Origin: Methanococcus maripaludis
Lineage (GTDB): Archaea; AGJL01; Methanococci; Methanococcales; Methanococcaceae
Direction: 5' to 3'
DNA length: 32,000 nt
Assembly: GCF_002945325.1 (NCBI RefSeq)
Contig: NZ_CP026606.1
Coordinates: 1,290,001 to 1,322,000, forward strand
In this document: positions 9,912-19,700 of the stretch, piece after piece
How positions within the stretch are numbered: position 1 is the stretch's first letter
How the letters are laid out: every line of letters starts with the position of its first letter
The notes under the pieces: model-generated
Database searches by the model: none
Seen by the model: only the letters and a program-made list of their open reading frames with translations
What the model was told of the DNA's origin: nothing
Made by a program: the position numbers and the translations under genes

Positions 9912-10646
9912 TTACATCGAAATTACTGGCTCGTCTTGACCTACGATGAATACGTAAGGCTTAACGGTTTTAAATTTCTCGCCATCTTTGTTTTCTAAAG
10001 TTACAATATCTGAGTACAATGCTCTGTTTTCAACTTCAACGATTTTAGCAAATTCTCCAACGTGTTTACCGCCAGTGATGTATGCTAATTTTCCTTCGCC
10101 AAATGCAACATGTCCAGCAATTGACTGTTCTGGAATTGAAATTAAAACACTGTCTCCAGTTTTGTAAACATCTTCTTCAGCTTTTGCAGCATCTGAAACT
10201 TTTACAATCTGGTTTCTACCATCGTGAAGGTTTAATTGAATGTTTCCGCCTTTAACGACAGTTTTGTTTACGATTTTGCACAATTTTACATCGGTTTTAT
10301 CAGTTTTTTTCAAGCTGATTCTTCCGCTTTCGTCAAATAATACAAGGTAAGTTTCATCCATTTCAGGGATTGATAAAACATCCATTAATCCAGCAGGGTG
10401 TTTGTACTCTTTTCTTTTTAATCCATCGATTAAAATTTTTCCTGTTTGGATAATTTTTTTAGCTTCTCTTGCATTGTCAGCATATTTTAATACATCTCTT
10501 ACAACTAACAATAATGGCAAGGATTTATCCATTGAATGTGGTCCAGGTGATGGTCTTACCGTAAATGTTTTCACTTTTCTAGGAAGTTGCCAATTTGCTG
10601 GAGCAGCCAATCTTTTAAGATGTTTTCTAGGTCCTTTAATTGCCAT
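9912..10646 (-). CDS. rps4e: 30S ribosomal protein eS4
   Basis: Starts MAIKGPRKHLKRLAAP. The track start is a GTG inside the GAGGTG SD, so I moved the start to the ATG at 10644-10646. Confidence 0.95.
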   Translation of the reverse strand: MAIKGPRKHLKRLAAPANWQLPRKVKTFTVRPSPGPHSMDKSLPLLLVVRDVLKYADNAREAKKIIQTGKILIDGLKRKEYKHPAGLMDVLSIPEMDETYLVLFDESGRISLKKTDKTDVKLCKIVNKTVVKGGNIQLNLHDGRNQIVKVSDAAKAEEDVYKTGDSVLISIPEQSIAGHVAFGEGKLAYITGGKHVGEFAKIVEVENRALYSDIVTLENKDGEKFKTVKPYVFIVGQDEPVISM

Positions 10647-10657
10647 GCTCACACCTC

Positions 10658-11017
10658 TTAGTTACTTGAATTTTTAAATCTCTTTTCGTCTGATTCGTCC
10701 AATTTGGTAATCATAACATTTGATGGATGAATTGGATATGCTGTTTCATTTCCATCTTGTTTTTTGTTAACTACTCCTTCAACAATGATTTTGTATCCTG
10801 CGTAGTCAACTTTTGAAACTTCCCCTTCAATTCCTTTGAAATTTCCTCTGAGTACTTTTACAGTATCTCCTTTTTTCACAGGAAGGGAGTTTTTAGCGTA
10901 TTTTTCTTTTAATTCTTTTGCTAGCATTGCAGACATAACGCTATTTCTTAAATGTAATGGTGCGTTGTAGAGTGCTTTTCTTTGTTTTCTTGGCTGTTTT
11001 GAGTTTGTCAAAACCAT
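10658..11017 (-). CDS. rpl24: 50S ribosomal protein uL24
   Basis: 119 aa with a KOW motif ([21 protein letters not shown]). GGTGA SD. Confidence 0.95.
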   Translation of the reverse strand: MVLTNSKQPRKQRKALYNAPLHLRNSVMSAMLAKELKEKYAKNSLPVKKGDTVKVLRGNFKGIEGEVSKVDYAGYKIIVEGVVNKKQDGNETAYPIHPSNVMITKLDESDEKRFKNSSN

Positions 11018-11036
11018 GATTTCACCACATGCCTAA

Positions 11037-11435
11037 TTAGTGAATAATTTTAGCTAATCTTGAAACACCAGGCCATCTTTCAGCAGCTTCTTTTGAAACT
11101 GGACCTTTAATTTCTGAACCTTTTGGTGTTCCTTCTGGGGTAACAATAACAGCTGCGTTATCTTCGAATTTTACTCTTGTACCGTCAGCTCTTCTGTATT
11201 CTTTTTTCTGTCTGATGATAATTGCAGGTAAAACCTGTTTTCTCATTTCAGGAGTACCTTTTTTCACTGAAACGAAAACCATATGGCCTACACCACCTGC
11301 AGGTAACCTTCTTACAGTACCTACGTAGTTTTTAACTGCAATTACTTCGAGCTCTTTTGCACCTGTGTTATCTGCACAGACGAGTCTAGCTCCGTTAGGT
11401 AATGATCTTACGATGTTTGAACCTAGTCCTTTCAT
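11037..11435 (-). CDS. rpl14: 50S ribosomal protein uL14
   Basis: Contains [15 protein letters not shown]. The track start is the GTG of the AGGTGA SD, and the real ATG is at 11433-11435. Confidence 0.95.
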   Translation of the reverse strand: MKGLGSNIVRSLPNGARLVCADNTGAKELEVIAVKNYVGTVRRLPAGGVGHMVFVSVKKGTPEMRKQVLPAIIIRQKKEYRRADGTRVKFEDNAAVIVTPEGTPKGSEIKGPVSKEAAERWPGVSRLAKIIH

Positions 11436-11455
11436 AATATTCACCTTTTAAAGGA

Positions 11456-11785
11456 TTATTCCAGGTTTTCAGTTTTTTCAATTACAACAAATGATTTTGT
11501 TTTACTGATAGGCCTGCATTCCATAACTTTCACAGTGTCGCCAACTTTTGCTTTGATGCATGCAGGGTTGTGTGCAACCAATGAAGTTGTTCTTTTTTCG
11601 TATCTTTCGTACTTGGATATGTATCCAGTAACTTCTCTTTTGATTACGATTGTGTCGTGTCCTTTGTCACTTGTAACGATTCCTTCGAATATTTGTCCTC
11701 TTACGGATAAAGTTCCGTGGAATGGACAGTTAGGATCTTCACAAACGTTTTCAGGAGCTTTTACATCGATTCCAATGTTTGACAT
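11456..11785 (-). CDS. rps17: 30S ribosomal protein uS17
   Basis: Contains GIVTSDKGHDTIVIKRE and VMECRPISKTKSF. AGGAGGT abuts the first ATG, and the second ATG (11783-11785) has proper spacing. Confidence 0.94.
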   Translation of the reverse strand: MSNIGIDVKAPENVCEDPNCPFHGTLSVRGQIFEGIVTSDKGHDTIVIKREVTGYISKYERYEKRTTSLVAHNPACIKAKVGDTVKVMECRPISKTKSFVVIEKTENLE

Positions 11786-11855
11786 AATCATACCTCCTAA
11801 TTATTTAGAGTGTTTAATGTCGATTTTAAAGTTCCAGATTTAATACGGGCTACAG

Positions 11856-11870
11856 GTATATAATGTTTTC
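11856..11870 (-). promoter_or_regulatory. Putative internal archaeal promoter (BRE plus TATA) for the S17-to-L15 block
   Basis: The minus strand reads GAAAACATTATATACC, a purine-rich BRE-like stretch followed by TTATATAC. It lies about 75 nt upstream of the S17 ATG, inside the only large (160 bp) gap of the ribosomal protein cluster. Confidence 0.4.
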
Positions 11871-11950
11871 ACAAATACCACTAACGCCTGTTTAGAACTT
11901 AAATTTTAATTCTTATTTTCAATTTGGGACATTTAAAATAGCTGAGAAGC

Positions 11951-12247
11951 TTAGTACGAGTAGAGTTGTTTTATTTTTCTTTTTAACCTGTCTTCAGGTC
12001 GTCCAACAAGTAGTCTTCCATCGATATCGATTTTTACAACATTTTCAGACTCAAATTGAATTCTGAATGTTGAAATTTCTTTTACGAGGGTAATTTCCTT
12101 GCCGTTTTCTTTTTCAAGAACTAGCGTATTTCTAGTCTCGTTAATTACTCTACCTTTTGTTGAAATCAAACCAGAATCTGTAGATTTTACAACTTCAAGG
12201 TTTAATCCAATTAGTTCATGTCTCAATATATTTTGTGACAATTTCAT
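11951..12247 (-). CDS. rnp1: Ribonuclease P protein component 1 (Rpp29/Pop4)
   Basis: Contains NILRHELIGLNLEVVKS...GRVINETRNTLVLE...GRPEDRLKRK, the Rpp29 Sm-like fold signature. The track start at 12304 adds 19 residues with no SD. As I recall, homologues begin near the MKLSQNILRHE position. The start is uncertain (12247 or 12304). Confidence 0.88.
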   Translation of the reverse strand: MKLSQNILRHELIGLNLEVVKSTDSGLISTKGRVINETRNTLVLEKENGKEITLVKEISTFRIQFESENVVKIDIDGRLLVGRPEDRLKRKIKQLYSY

Positions 12248-12316
12248 GGGTGTCCCTACCCTTTGAGCATGGGGGTGTACATTTTTCAGTATCCACATAC
12301 TCATGTGAATAGTTAA

Positions 12317-12625
12317 TTATCTGACATCTATCATGTCTTTTGAGAATCCCATTTTGATTAGGGTTTCTTCAGCTTTTCTCCTGTGGTCTCCCTGTAACTC
12401 GATAGAATCTTTCTTTACAGTTCCGCCGCAGGCACATATATCTTTTAACTTTTTAGCCAAATCTTTTACATCAATCAAGTCCGCATCAAAGCCGTCGACG
12501 ACTGTCATCAGCTTACCAAACCTTCTTTTAGTTACGTAAACTTTAATTTTCTGTTCTTCCTTTGCAATCTCTTCACAGACACACAAATCTTTTGGTAAAC
12601 CACATATAGGACAAATCTCTGGCAT
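12317..12625 (-). CDS. Translation initiation factor aSUI1 (eIF1 homologue)
   Basis: An N-terminal [13 protein letters not shown] zinc knuckle plus a SUI1 domain ([13 protein letters not shown]...ACGGTVK...IELQGDHR). GAGGTG SD 5 nt before the ATG at 12623-12625. Confidence 0.92.
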
Positions 12626-12708
12626 CAATGCACCTCTCATCTTGATAGACTAATTTTGTTATAAGTATACTGGATATACATACTGATTGATGGTATTTAA
12701 AATTATGC

Positions 12709-12924
12709 TTAAGCATTTTCTGCTTGAGCTTCTTTTTCTTTCATGATTGTTAAGATTCTAGCGATTGTTCTTTTGGTTTCGCTGATCTTACCTGGATTTG
12801 AAGGTGCACCGCCTGTTGACTTGTTTACGCCTTCTTTCATTAATTCTCTTTTCAATTCTGCGATTTTTCCTTTCATTTCTTCAACTGAAAGTTCCCTTAT
12901 TTCGCTAGCTTTTAAGATCGCCAT
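12709..12924 (-). CDS. rpl29: 50S ribosomal protein uL29
   Basis: 71 aa starting [38 protein letters not shown]. Confidence 0.94.
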   Translation of the reverse strand: MAILKASEIRELSVEEMKGKIAELKRELMKEGVNKSTGGAPSNPGKISETKRTIARILTIMKEKEAQAENA

Positions 12925-12934
12925 TTACATCACC

Positions 12935-13570
12935 TTATTCTTGGGATACTTCACTAATTTCACTAACTTCTTTGATTTCGCCGGATGAAATTACAATTTC
13001 ATCAGGTAATGATACGTCAGGTCTCATTATTTTTACAGTAACTCCAACAATACCGAGTTTTAATTTTGCTAATTGGTGTGACTTGTTTACAAGTGCTTCA
13101 GCAGGTTCACCGCAGTGTTTCATGTATCCGTCCATGAACTTTTCAGTTCTTGACCTTTCTCCGGATAATTTTCCAGAAACTATGATTGCAACACCTTTAG
13201 CGCCTGAACCCATAACTCTTCTTATTGCTGAGTGAGCTGTTTTTCTAAAGTGCATTCCTCTTTCTAATGAAGATGCGATCTTGTGTCCAACAACAGCAGG
13301 GTCTAAATCTGGGTTTTCAACCTGTTTAACTTCAATTTGTGGGTTTTTAACTGAGTATTCTGTTGCGAGTGTTTCAGTTAATTCTTTAACCATTTTTCCT
13401 TTTCTTCCGATAACGAAACCTGGTTTTTCAGCGAATACAGTTATTCTTGTTCCAATTGGTGTTTTTTTGAAATCGATGTGGCTGTATCCTGCTCTAACTA
13501 ATTTAGTTTTAAAGTATTCGTCGATTAATGTTTCGGAAACATTTTCTCCAACAAATGTTCTTTCAATCAT
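12935..13570 (-). CDS. rps3: 30S ribosomal protein uS3
   Basis: KH domain ([14 protein letters not shown]) plus the S3 C-terminal domain. The ATG at 13568-13570 (MIERTF) follows GGTGA and removes the overlap with L22 that the track start implies. Confidence 0.95.
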   Translation of the reverse strand: MIERTFVGENVSETLIDEYFKTKLVRAGYSHIDFKKTPIGTRITVFAEKPGFVIGRKGKMVKELTETLATEYSVKNPQIEVKQVENPDLDPAVVGHKIASSLERGMHFRKTAHSAIRRVMGSGAKGVAIIVSGKLSGERSRTEKFMDGYMKHCGEPAEALVNKSHQLAKLKLGIVGVTVKIMRPDVSLPDEIVISSGEIKEVSEISEVSQE

Positions 13571-13580
13571 TGTTTCACCA

Positions 13581-14042
13581 TTAGTAGAATTCTTCAAGGA
13601 TTACTTGGATATGTATTGTTTCTTGGTTTTTAGGGCTTGCTCTACCAAATGCTCTTGGCATATATCTTTTAATTGTGAAGCCTCTGTTTGATGATATGTG
13701 TTTAATTCTTAATTTTTCTGTGTTTAATCCTTTTTGCTCAGCGTTTTTCTTAGCGTTATCTAAAACGTTTAAGATTTCTAACGAAGCTTTCTGTGGGAAT
13801 CTACCTGAGTGTGTTCCAATTTTTCCTTTTCTGTGTGGTAAGTCTTTGTTGTGAACTTTGAATGGAACAGGAGTTTCTAATGCGATTACTCTGTTTAAGT
13901 ATGCAACAGCAGCATCTAATTTCATTCCACTTAATTCTCTGCAAAGTTCAATAGCATGTTTTCTTGATATTCTTAAAGTTCTGCCCATAGCTCTTGCAGT
14001 GTTCTTTGGGTCAGCTTCAACTTTGTATTTTAGTTTAGCCAT
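13581..14042 (-). CDS. rpl22: 50S ribosomal protein uL22
   Basis: Starts [32 protein letters not shown]. The track start is the GTG of the GAGGTG SD, and the real ATG is at 14040-14042. Confidence 0.95.
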   Translation of the reverse strand: MAKLKYKVEADPKNTARAMGRTLRISRKHAIELCRELSGMKLDAAVAYLNRVIALETPVPFKVHNKDLPHRKGKIGTHSGRFPQKASLEILNVLDNAKKNAEQKGLNTEKLRIKHISSNRGFTIKRYMPRAFGRASPKNQETIHIQVILEEFY

Positions 14043-14061
14043 CGTCTTCACCTCAATCGGG

Positions 14062-14271
14062 TTAGTCTCTCATCTTTAACAGGAGTTTAGCTGTATTGAT
14101 GTAGTGTACTTTCACGTTTCCAATCGTGTTTTTTATTATTGGATTGGTTTTTTTATTTCCAATCTCTATAACAGGATTATTTTCATGTTTTACATTGATA
14201 GAGTATCCCCTATCATCCATATAGTCAATAGCCTTTTTTATTTGCTTAAACTTATTTATATAGTTTATCAT
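14062..14271 (-). CDS. Hypothetical 69-aa protein (may instead be a non-coding leader)
   Basis: Open frame MINYINKFKQIKKAIDYMDDRGYSINVKHENNPVIEIGNKKTNPIIKNTIGNVKVHYINTAKLLLKMRD, ending 19 nt before the L22 ATG. I recognise no family. It has only a weak GGGA SD-like element, unlike the strong GGTG of its neighbours. The composition is K/N/I-rich, as expected from AT-rich sequence. Confidence 0.35.
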   Translation of the reverse strand: MINYINKFKQIKKAIDYMDDRGYSINVKHENNPVIEIGNKKTNPIIKNTIGNVKVHYINTAKLLLKMRD

Positions 14272-14362
14272 AACAATCCCATATTTTGAATTAAAGCTTA
14301 GAATGAGTGTTATTTTAAGTTAGGGCTATTTTTCGTTATTTAAAAAATTAGTATTGGTGAAA

Positions 14363-14632
14363 TTAAACGAGTGAAAGTTCAACTACTTCAGCGCTTTCTA
14401 CATTTTCTAAAGCGTTCATAGCTTCTTCGATAGGGTCCATTCCGCCTTCTTTTTCTTCCATTTCAACCATTACATACACAGTGTAGAGTCCAAATGCGAG
14501 TGGTTCGTCAGTTACTCCTCTGCATTTTGCATCGTTTTGTTCAACGAGTTCTTTTAAAGATTCTTTTAAAGATTCTTTTTCTACTTCTGGGCTTGTAGGC
14601 ATTACTTTTACTTTTGCGATAACTGTAGCCAT
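14363..14632 (-). CDS. Elongation factor 1-beta (aEF-1beta)
   Basis: 89 aa starting MATVIAKVKVMPTSPEV, then AFGLYTVYVMVEMEEKEGG, typical of the archaeal EF-1beta guanine-nucleotide exchange domain. AGGTGA SD. Confidence 0.92.
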   Translation of the reverse strand: MATVIAKVKVMPTSPEVEKESLKESLKELVEQNDAKCRGVTDEPLAFGLYTVYVMVEMEEKEGGMDPIEEAMNALENVESAEVVELSLV

Positions 14633-14663
14633 ATTTTCACCTAAGTTTCGTTTTTAGATTAAT

Positions 14664-14828
14664 TTAAGGACCTTCGTATCCACATACTGGGCAACTGTAT
14701 CCGTTGCTTAATTTTCTGCATTTTTCGCATCTTATGATTTCTGCTTTTCCACAGTTAGGGCACAAGAATTTTGTAGCATTTTCTCTAGCTGCAATTTCTG
14801 CATTGCAAGAAGTACATTTTTGTTTCAT
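14664..14828 (-). CDS. Small zinc-ribbon protein (COG2888-type, commonly found next to EF-1beta in archaea)
   Basis: Not in the track because it is only 54 aa. My hand translation is [54 protein letters not shown], with four CxxC pairs. GGTGAG SD. Confidence 0.8.
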   Translation of the reverse strand: MKQKCTSCNAEIAARENATKFLCPNCGKAEIIRCEKCRKLSNGYSCPVCGYEGP

Positions 14829-14846
14829 GTTTCTCACCATAGTGTT

Positions 14847-15485
14847 TTATTTCAAGGTTATTTTCGTATACGTATCTACTACGCCTTTAAAAATGTTATT
14901 TATTCTCTCAGGATGATTTCCGTTAACAACAAAGCACTTAATGCCGTATTCGGATATAAGTTTTGGTAGGTGTTTATCCACAGACGTAAAACCTTTAATC
15001 GTTTTTGTATTTATTGTATTTAATAGTTTTCCCTCAGGATATTTATCATAAATTCCGTCGACGTCGGTGGCTATAATTAGTGTTTTAGAGTTTAATAATT
15101 TTGCTATATATGCTGCAAATGAATCCGAAGTAACTTCCCAAGAATAGGGCAGTTCATCAGTACTAAGTATAATATTTGATGGAAGTATTATAACTATACT
15201 TTCATCTCTCAGGATTTTTTTTGCATCAAACAGATTATCTGCTGTTTTTATCCCCGAAATTTCGGAAAAATAGGTTCCAGTTATATCCGTACACATTGTT
15301 GCAAGTTTATGTGCAGAAATATCATTAATTTTTTCATTTTCATGAAGATTTCGAACCACATTTGCGAAATTTCCCCCGCCAGGCATAATTACAACTTTTT
15401 CTCCCGATTTTTTAAGATTTTCAAGAATATTCACTGCGTTATTCGTTAAACTTCCGCCAATTTTTACAACGTACACGACTACCAC
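14847..15485 (-). CDS. Amino-acid-kinase-fold protein, MfnE-like ([5-(aminomethyl)furan-3-yl]methyl phosphate kinase candidate)
   Basis: 212 aa containing KIGGSL, MPGGGNFANVVR and IATDVDGIYDKYP, which are Asp/Glu/uridylate kinase family motifs. Its position between the M20 peptidase and EF-1beta matches my recollection of the M. jannaschii MJ0457-MJ0458 neighbourhood. The start is a GTG directly abutting the upstream TAA. Confidence 0.6.
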   Translation of the reverse strand: MVVVYVVKIGGSLTNNAVNILENLKKSGEKVVIMPGGGNFANVVRNLHENEKINDISAHKLATMCTDITGTYFSEISGIKTADNLFDAKKILRDESIVIILPSNIILSTDELPYSWEVTSDSFAAYIAKLLNSKTLIIATDVDGIYDKYPEGKLLNTINTKTIKGFTSVDKHLPKLISEYGIKCFVVNGNHPERINNIFKGVVDTYTKITLK

Positions 15486-16733
15486 TTATTTTAATATATC
15501 AAGATACACTTCTGCCATTTTTATTAAATTTTCTATTTTCACGTGTTCATTTGGCTGGTGTGCAGTTTCGTCTCCAATCCCCCAAACTGCAGTGTTGTAT
15601 TCTTTTTCTCTTAAAAATGCGGCAACGGTTCCACCACCCATTCCACATAATATGGGTTCTTTATTTAACACGTTTTTAATTGCAGAACCTAGTTTTTTAA
15701 CAACTTCTGAATCTTTTTTTGTTTCTTCTGCTTTTTCAAGTTTTAAAATCTCGTAAGTTATCGAAATATTTTCTTTTTCAGAAATATCAAAATGGAGAAT
15801 ATGTTTTTCAATTTCATTTTTAAAAACTTCAATATAATTTTCAATATCGTTTAGGATTTCTTTTGGATCGTATTTTGGAATAATTCTGCAGTCAAAGTTT
15901 AATTCAACGTATCCCGGAATTGTATTTATGTTTTCAATGTTATTTTTCAAAATTGTGGGTTCAAACGTTGAAAATGCGGGGTTGAATATTGGATTTATGC
16001 CAGTATATTTACCGTAGAGTTTATCGTAAAGTCCTTTTCCAAATGAAAATGCGATTAAATCTGCGTTTATTCCATTTTCAGGAACACTTCCATGGCACTG
16101 TTTTCCAGTAATTTTAAACTTTATCCATAGTATGTTTTTTTCAGCAATTTCAATAAATTCTCCTTCAGGCATTCCAAAATCTGGAACAATTATTAAATCT
16201 TTTGAGCCGAAAAGTTCATCTTCAAAATTATTTACAAGGTAAGATAGACCGTATTTACTGCCGTCTTCTTCGTCAGCTACAAAAATTAGATTTAGATTAT
16301 ATTTTGGATCGATTTTTTCTTCAAAAATCATCTTTAAAAGCAAAAACGATGAAACTATTCCTTTATGGTTGTCTTCACTGCCTCTCCCATAAATTATTCC
16401 GTCTTTTATTTCGGCTTTGAATGGGTTGGAGTTCCAGAGGCTAAGGTCCCCTTCAGGAACTATGTCCATGTGTGAAATTATTGTTAAGGTATCCTTTTTT
16501 CCAAAATCGTATTTTGAAACGATATTTGGCCTTTCAATTCCGTCTGAATCAACTGAATTGTATTCGATTATTTCGCAATTTTTTATCGAATACATATAAC
16601 GGTATTCTTTTAGCTTATTTTTTATGTAAATTGACTTTTCTTTTTCCCCAATTCCACCAAAAGTTGGATTTACTGAGTTTATAGATATTAAATCAGAAGA
16701 AAGTTCAATAGTTTCATCCAAAATACTTTTCAT
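15486..16733 (-). CDS. M20 family metallopeptidase (ArgE/DapE-like deacylase)
   Basis: Contains SHMDIVPEG, GRGSEDNHKG and ADEEDGS, the metal-ligand motifs of M20 peptidases. The track start is the GTG of the GGTGA SD, and the ATG is at 16731-16733. Confidence 0.85.
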   Translation of the reverse strand: MKSILDETIELSSDLISINSVNPTFGGIGEKEKSIYIKNKLKEYRYMYSIKNCEIIEYNSVDSDGIERPNIVSKYDFGKKDTLTIISHMDIVPEGDLSLWNSNPFKAEIKDGIIYGRGSEDNHKGIVSSFLLLKMIFEEKIDPKYNLNLIFVADEEDGSKYGLSYLVNNFEDELFGSKDLIIVPDFGMPEGEFIEIAEKNILWIKFKITGKQCHGSVPENGINADLIAFSFGKGLYDKLYGKYTGINPIFNPAFSTFEPTILKNNIENINTIPGYVELNFDCRIIPKYDPKEILNDIENYIEVFKNEIEKHILHFDISEKENISITYEILKLEKAEETKKDSEVVKKLGSAIKNVLNKEPILCGMGGGTVAAFLREKEYNTAVWGIGDETAHQPNEHVKIENLIKMAEVYLDILK

Positions 16734-16767
16734 GAGATTCACCGAAAATTATTTTATATTAAATATC

Positions 16768-19700
16768 TTAAATTTTTAATCCGACTAATTTACTGAGTCC
16801 ATTTTCCATACATACTCCATACATAACGTCAGACTTACTTATCATCTGTTCACGGTGAGATATTACAATGAACTGTGAATCTTTCGATGCATTTTTAATC
16901 ATTTCACCGATTAATCCCGCATTCTTTGTATCAAGTGCAGCATCAACTTCGTCAAGCACGTAGAACGGAGCAGGATTTAGGTGCTGGATCGCAAATAAAA
17001 ATGCAAGTGCAGTAAGCGACTTTTCACCACCGCTCATTACATCCAGGCTCTGTAATTTTTTGTTCATTGGGGATGCATCAATTAATAAACCGCCTGAAAA
17101 TGGATCTTCTGGATTTTCCAGACTTAATTTTCCACTTCCCCCAATTTCAGTATATATCTTTTCATAGTTTTCAGCAACTTTTAAGTAAACATCCATAAAT
17201 ACTTCTTTTTTCCTTTTGCTGACTTCTTCAATTAAATGGAGATATTTTTTTTCTTCGTTTTCGTAATCAGTTCTTTTTTCAAAGAGTTCGTCGTATCTAT
17301 CTACAATATATTGATAATCATCAATAGCACGCATGTTTACAGGTTCTAATTTTTTGATATGTCCTTCAAGGTCGATCTGGTGACTTTCAAGAGCATCTAC
17401 ATCAAACTCTTTTATTTTGGAAGTAATATCTTCAGATATTTGTTCGATATTTTCACAAACGTATAATTTTCTATCTTCTTCTTCAAGCCTAGTTTCATAT
17501 TTTGCCTTATCAATCGAAAGGCTGTTGATCTGACTTTCGTTCTGGTTAATTCTTCCGTAAACTCTTCTTTTTTCGCCATTTAATATTTCCAGTTCTTTTT
17601 CAAACGCTTCTTTCTTTTCAGTAAGTTCTCTTAAATCTTTTGTAAGGTCTTCGTAGCGTTCTTTTTTGGTTTTCAAAATTTCAAAGTTCTTTTCAACATT
17701 GTTTTTGTAGAATTGAATGTTTTGTTCAAGAATTGTCTTTTTTTCACTTAATTCTTTGATATTGCTATTTAATTCGCTTATTTTTGGGATTAAAACTTCT
17801 TTAATAAGCACTGCATCCCTTTTTATTTCGTTTTCAAATTCATTTTTTTTCTTTTCAAAATTAAGAATAGTTTCATCTATTACCTTGATTCTTTTGGAAT
17901 GCTCTGAATTTTCAAAAGATGCTATTTCTTCAGAAATCCTTTCCCTTTGGGTTGTAAATCCACTAATTTTTTTAGTAAATTCTTCGATTTTTCTTTCGAG
18001 TTCTTCTTTTGAACCTTCTAAATAATCTAGTTCTTCTTCGAGCTTTCGGGATTCCAATTCAAGTTCTTTAATTTTTACTCCATTGTTTGTGAGTATTCCT
18101 TCTTTTTTATGTTCCAAATCTTTAATAATCTTTAATCTGCTTTCAAGTTCCATCTTTCTTGTTGAATATGTTGCATTTTTATTTTGAAGGCGTTCAATTT
18201 CATCTTTAGTTTCAGATAATGTACCGTCGAGTTCTGAAATCTGCTCTGCAAGTTTTTCAAGTTTGGATGTGTCTATATCAACTTTAATAACTGATTTTTT
18301 TCTTGAACGTCCACCAATCATCGCACCGGATGGCTCGATGACCTCACCTTCAAGAGTTACAAATCGTGCTTTGTGATCTTTTGATAAGGTTTTTGCGTAA
18401 TCTAAATTTTCAACAATGATCGTATTTCCAAAAACATATCTGAATAAGTTTTCATATTCCGGTTTAAATTCAACAAGATCAATCGCCCTTCCAACGATCC
18501 CTTCATCATATAGATAAAGAGCTTCTGGTCCATTGATCCTATCAAGTGGTAAAAATGTGGTTCTACCAAGATTATTCTTTTTTAAATACTGAATTGCTCT
18601 TGCACCATCATCCATTCTTTTTACAACGATGTAATTTAGCCTGTTTCCACCTGCATTTTCAATTGCAGTTTTGTATTCTGCATCAGTTTTTCCTAAATTT
18701 CCTGCAATATCCACTACTCCAGGTAATTTTGCTTCAAGAACACTTTTTACGGCCCTATCAAGGCTGAAATCTTCCATATCTTTCATTGCCTTAATTTTAG
18801 CATTTTCTTTTATGTAATCGGCATGAGATTTATCCAATTTTTCCTGGTACTCTTTTTTATTTTCTAAAAGTGTTACAACTTTCTTTTTAGAGTATTCAAG
18901 TTCAACCGCAACATCCTCAAGTTCTTTGTACAGGCTTTTAGTATCTTCATGTTCTGAACGTATTTCTTCAAGTTCTTTTTGCAGGGTTTCGATAGTTTCT
19001 TTATTTTTTGTTAAATTAAATGATTTTTTGTTAATTTCATTTTCAAGAGCATTAAATTCATTTTTGAAATTGTAAAGTTCGTTCTGACTTTCATTTATTC
19101 TTTCAGATAATTTTCGCTCCTGCTGTTTCAATATTTCAGTCTGAGTTTCACTTTCTTCAACCTTTGACTTCAACTTCTTCTTTTCAGTTTCAAGATTTTC
19201 CATTTCAGTTTTTAAAGTGTTAATTTCCGCTTCTTTTTGGAGTGTTTCGGTCCTTATGGTTTCTATTTTTTGTCTAGTTTCTACTAAATCCTGTCCTTTT
19301 TTTTCGGATTGCGAATTTACATTTTTCAAGTCATCGAGAGCTCCGTTTAAGGACTTTTTGTCGTTATCAACGGTTACTTCCATTTCTTTAATGGACTTGT
19401 GAAGTTCCATTATCTCTTCATTTCCTTTTTCATTTAGCTCGTTTATCAAATTTTGAAGCCTATTTCTAATATCGTTTGATTTTGCATCGTATTCAGAAAT
19501 TTCCTTTAAGAAACAGACTTTCATTTCTTTGAGTGCTTCAATTTCTTCTTTAGTTTTTTCCAAAATTCCGTTTAAAAATTCAATTTTTTTAGAAGTTAAA
19601 ATGTATTTTGTTGCTTTTAATTCTTCTGTTAATTTAACATGAGTTTCAGCATCTTCTTTTTCTTTTTTAAGTTTTTCCAGATTGTTTTTTACTTCATTAA

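Noticed and set aside
9246-13691. Numerous 60-136-aa plus-strand ORFs across the ribosomal protein cluster (e.g. 9612-9998, 11535-11843, 13281-13691)
   Set aside because: All are shadow ORFs antisense to highly conserved r-protein genes. They are pyrimidine-rich-strand artefacts.
13581-14362. Absence of S19/L2/L23/L4/L3 upstream of L22 as a possible deletion or rearrangement
   Set aside because: As I recall, the split of the S10-like cluster from the L22...L15 block is the normal arrangement in Methanococcales, so it is not an anomaly of this window.
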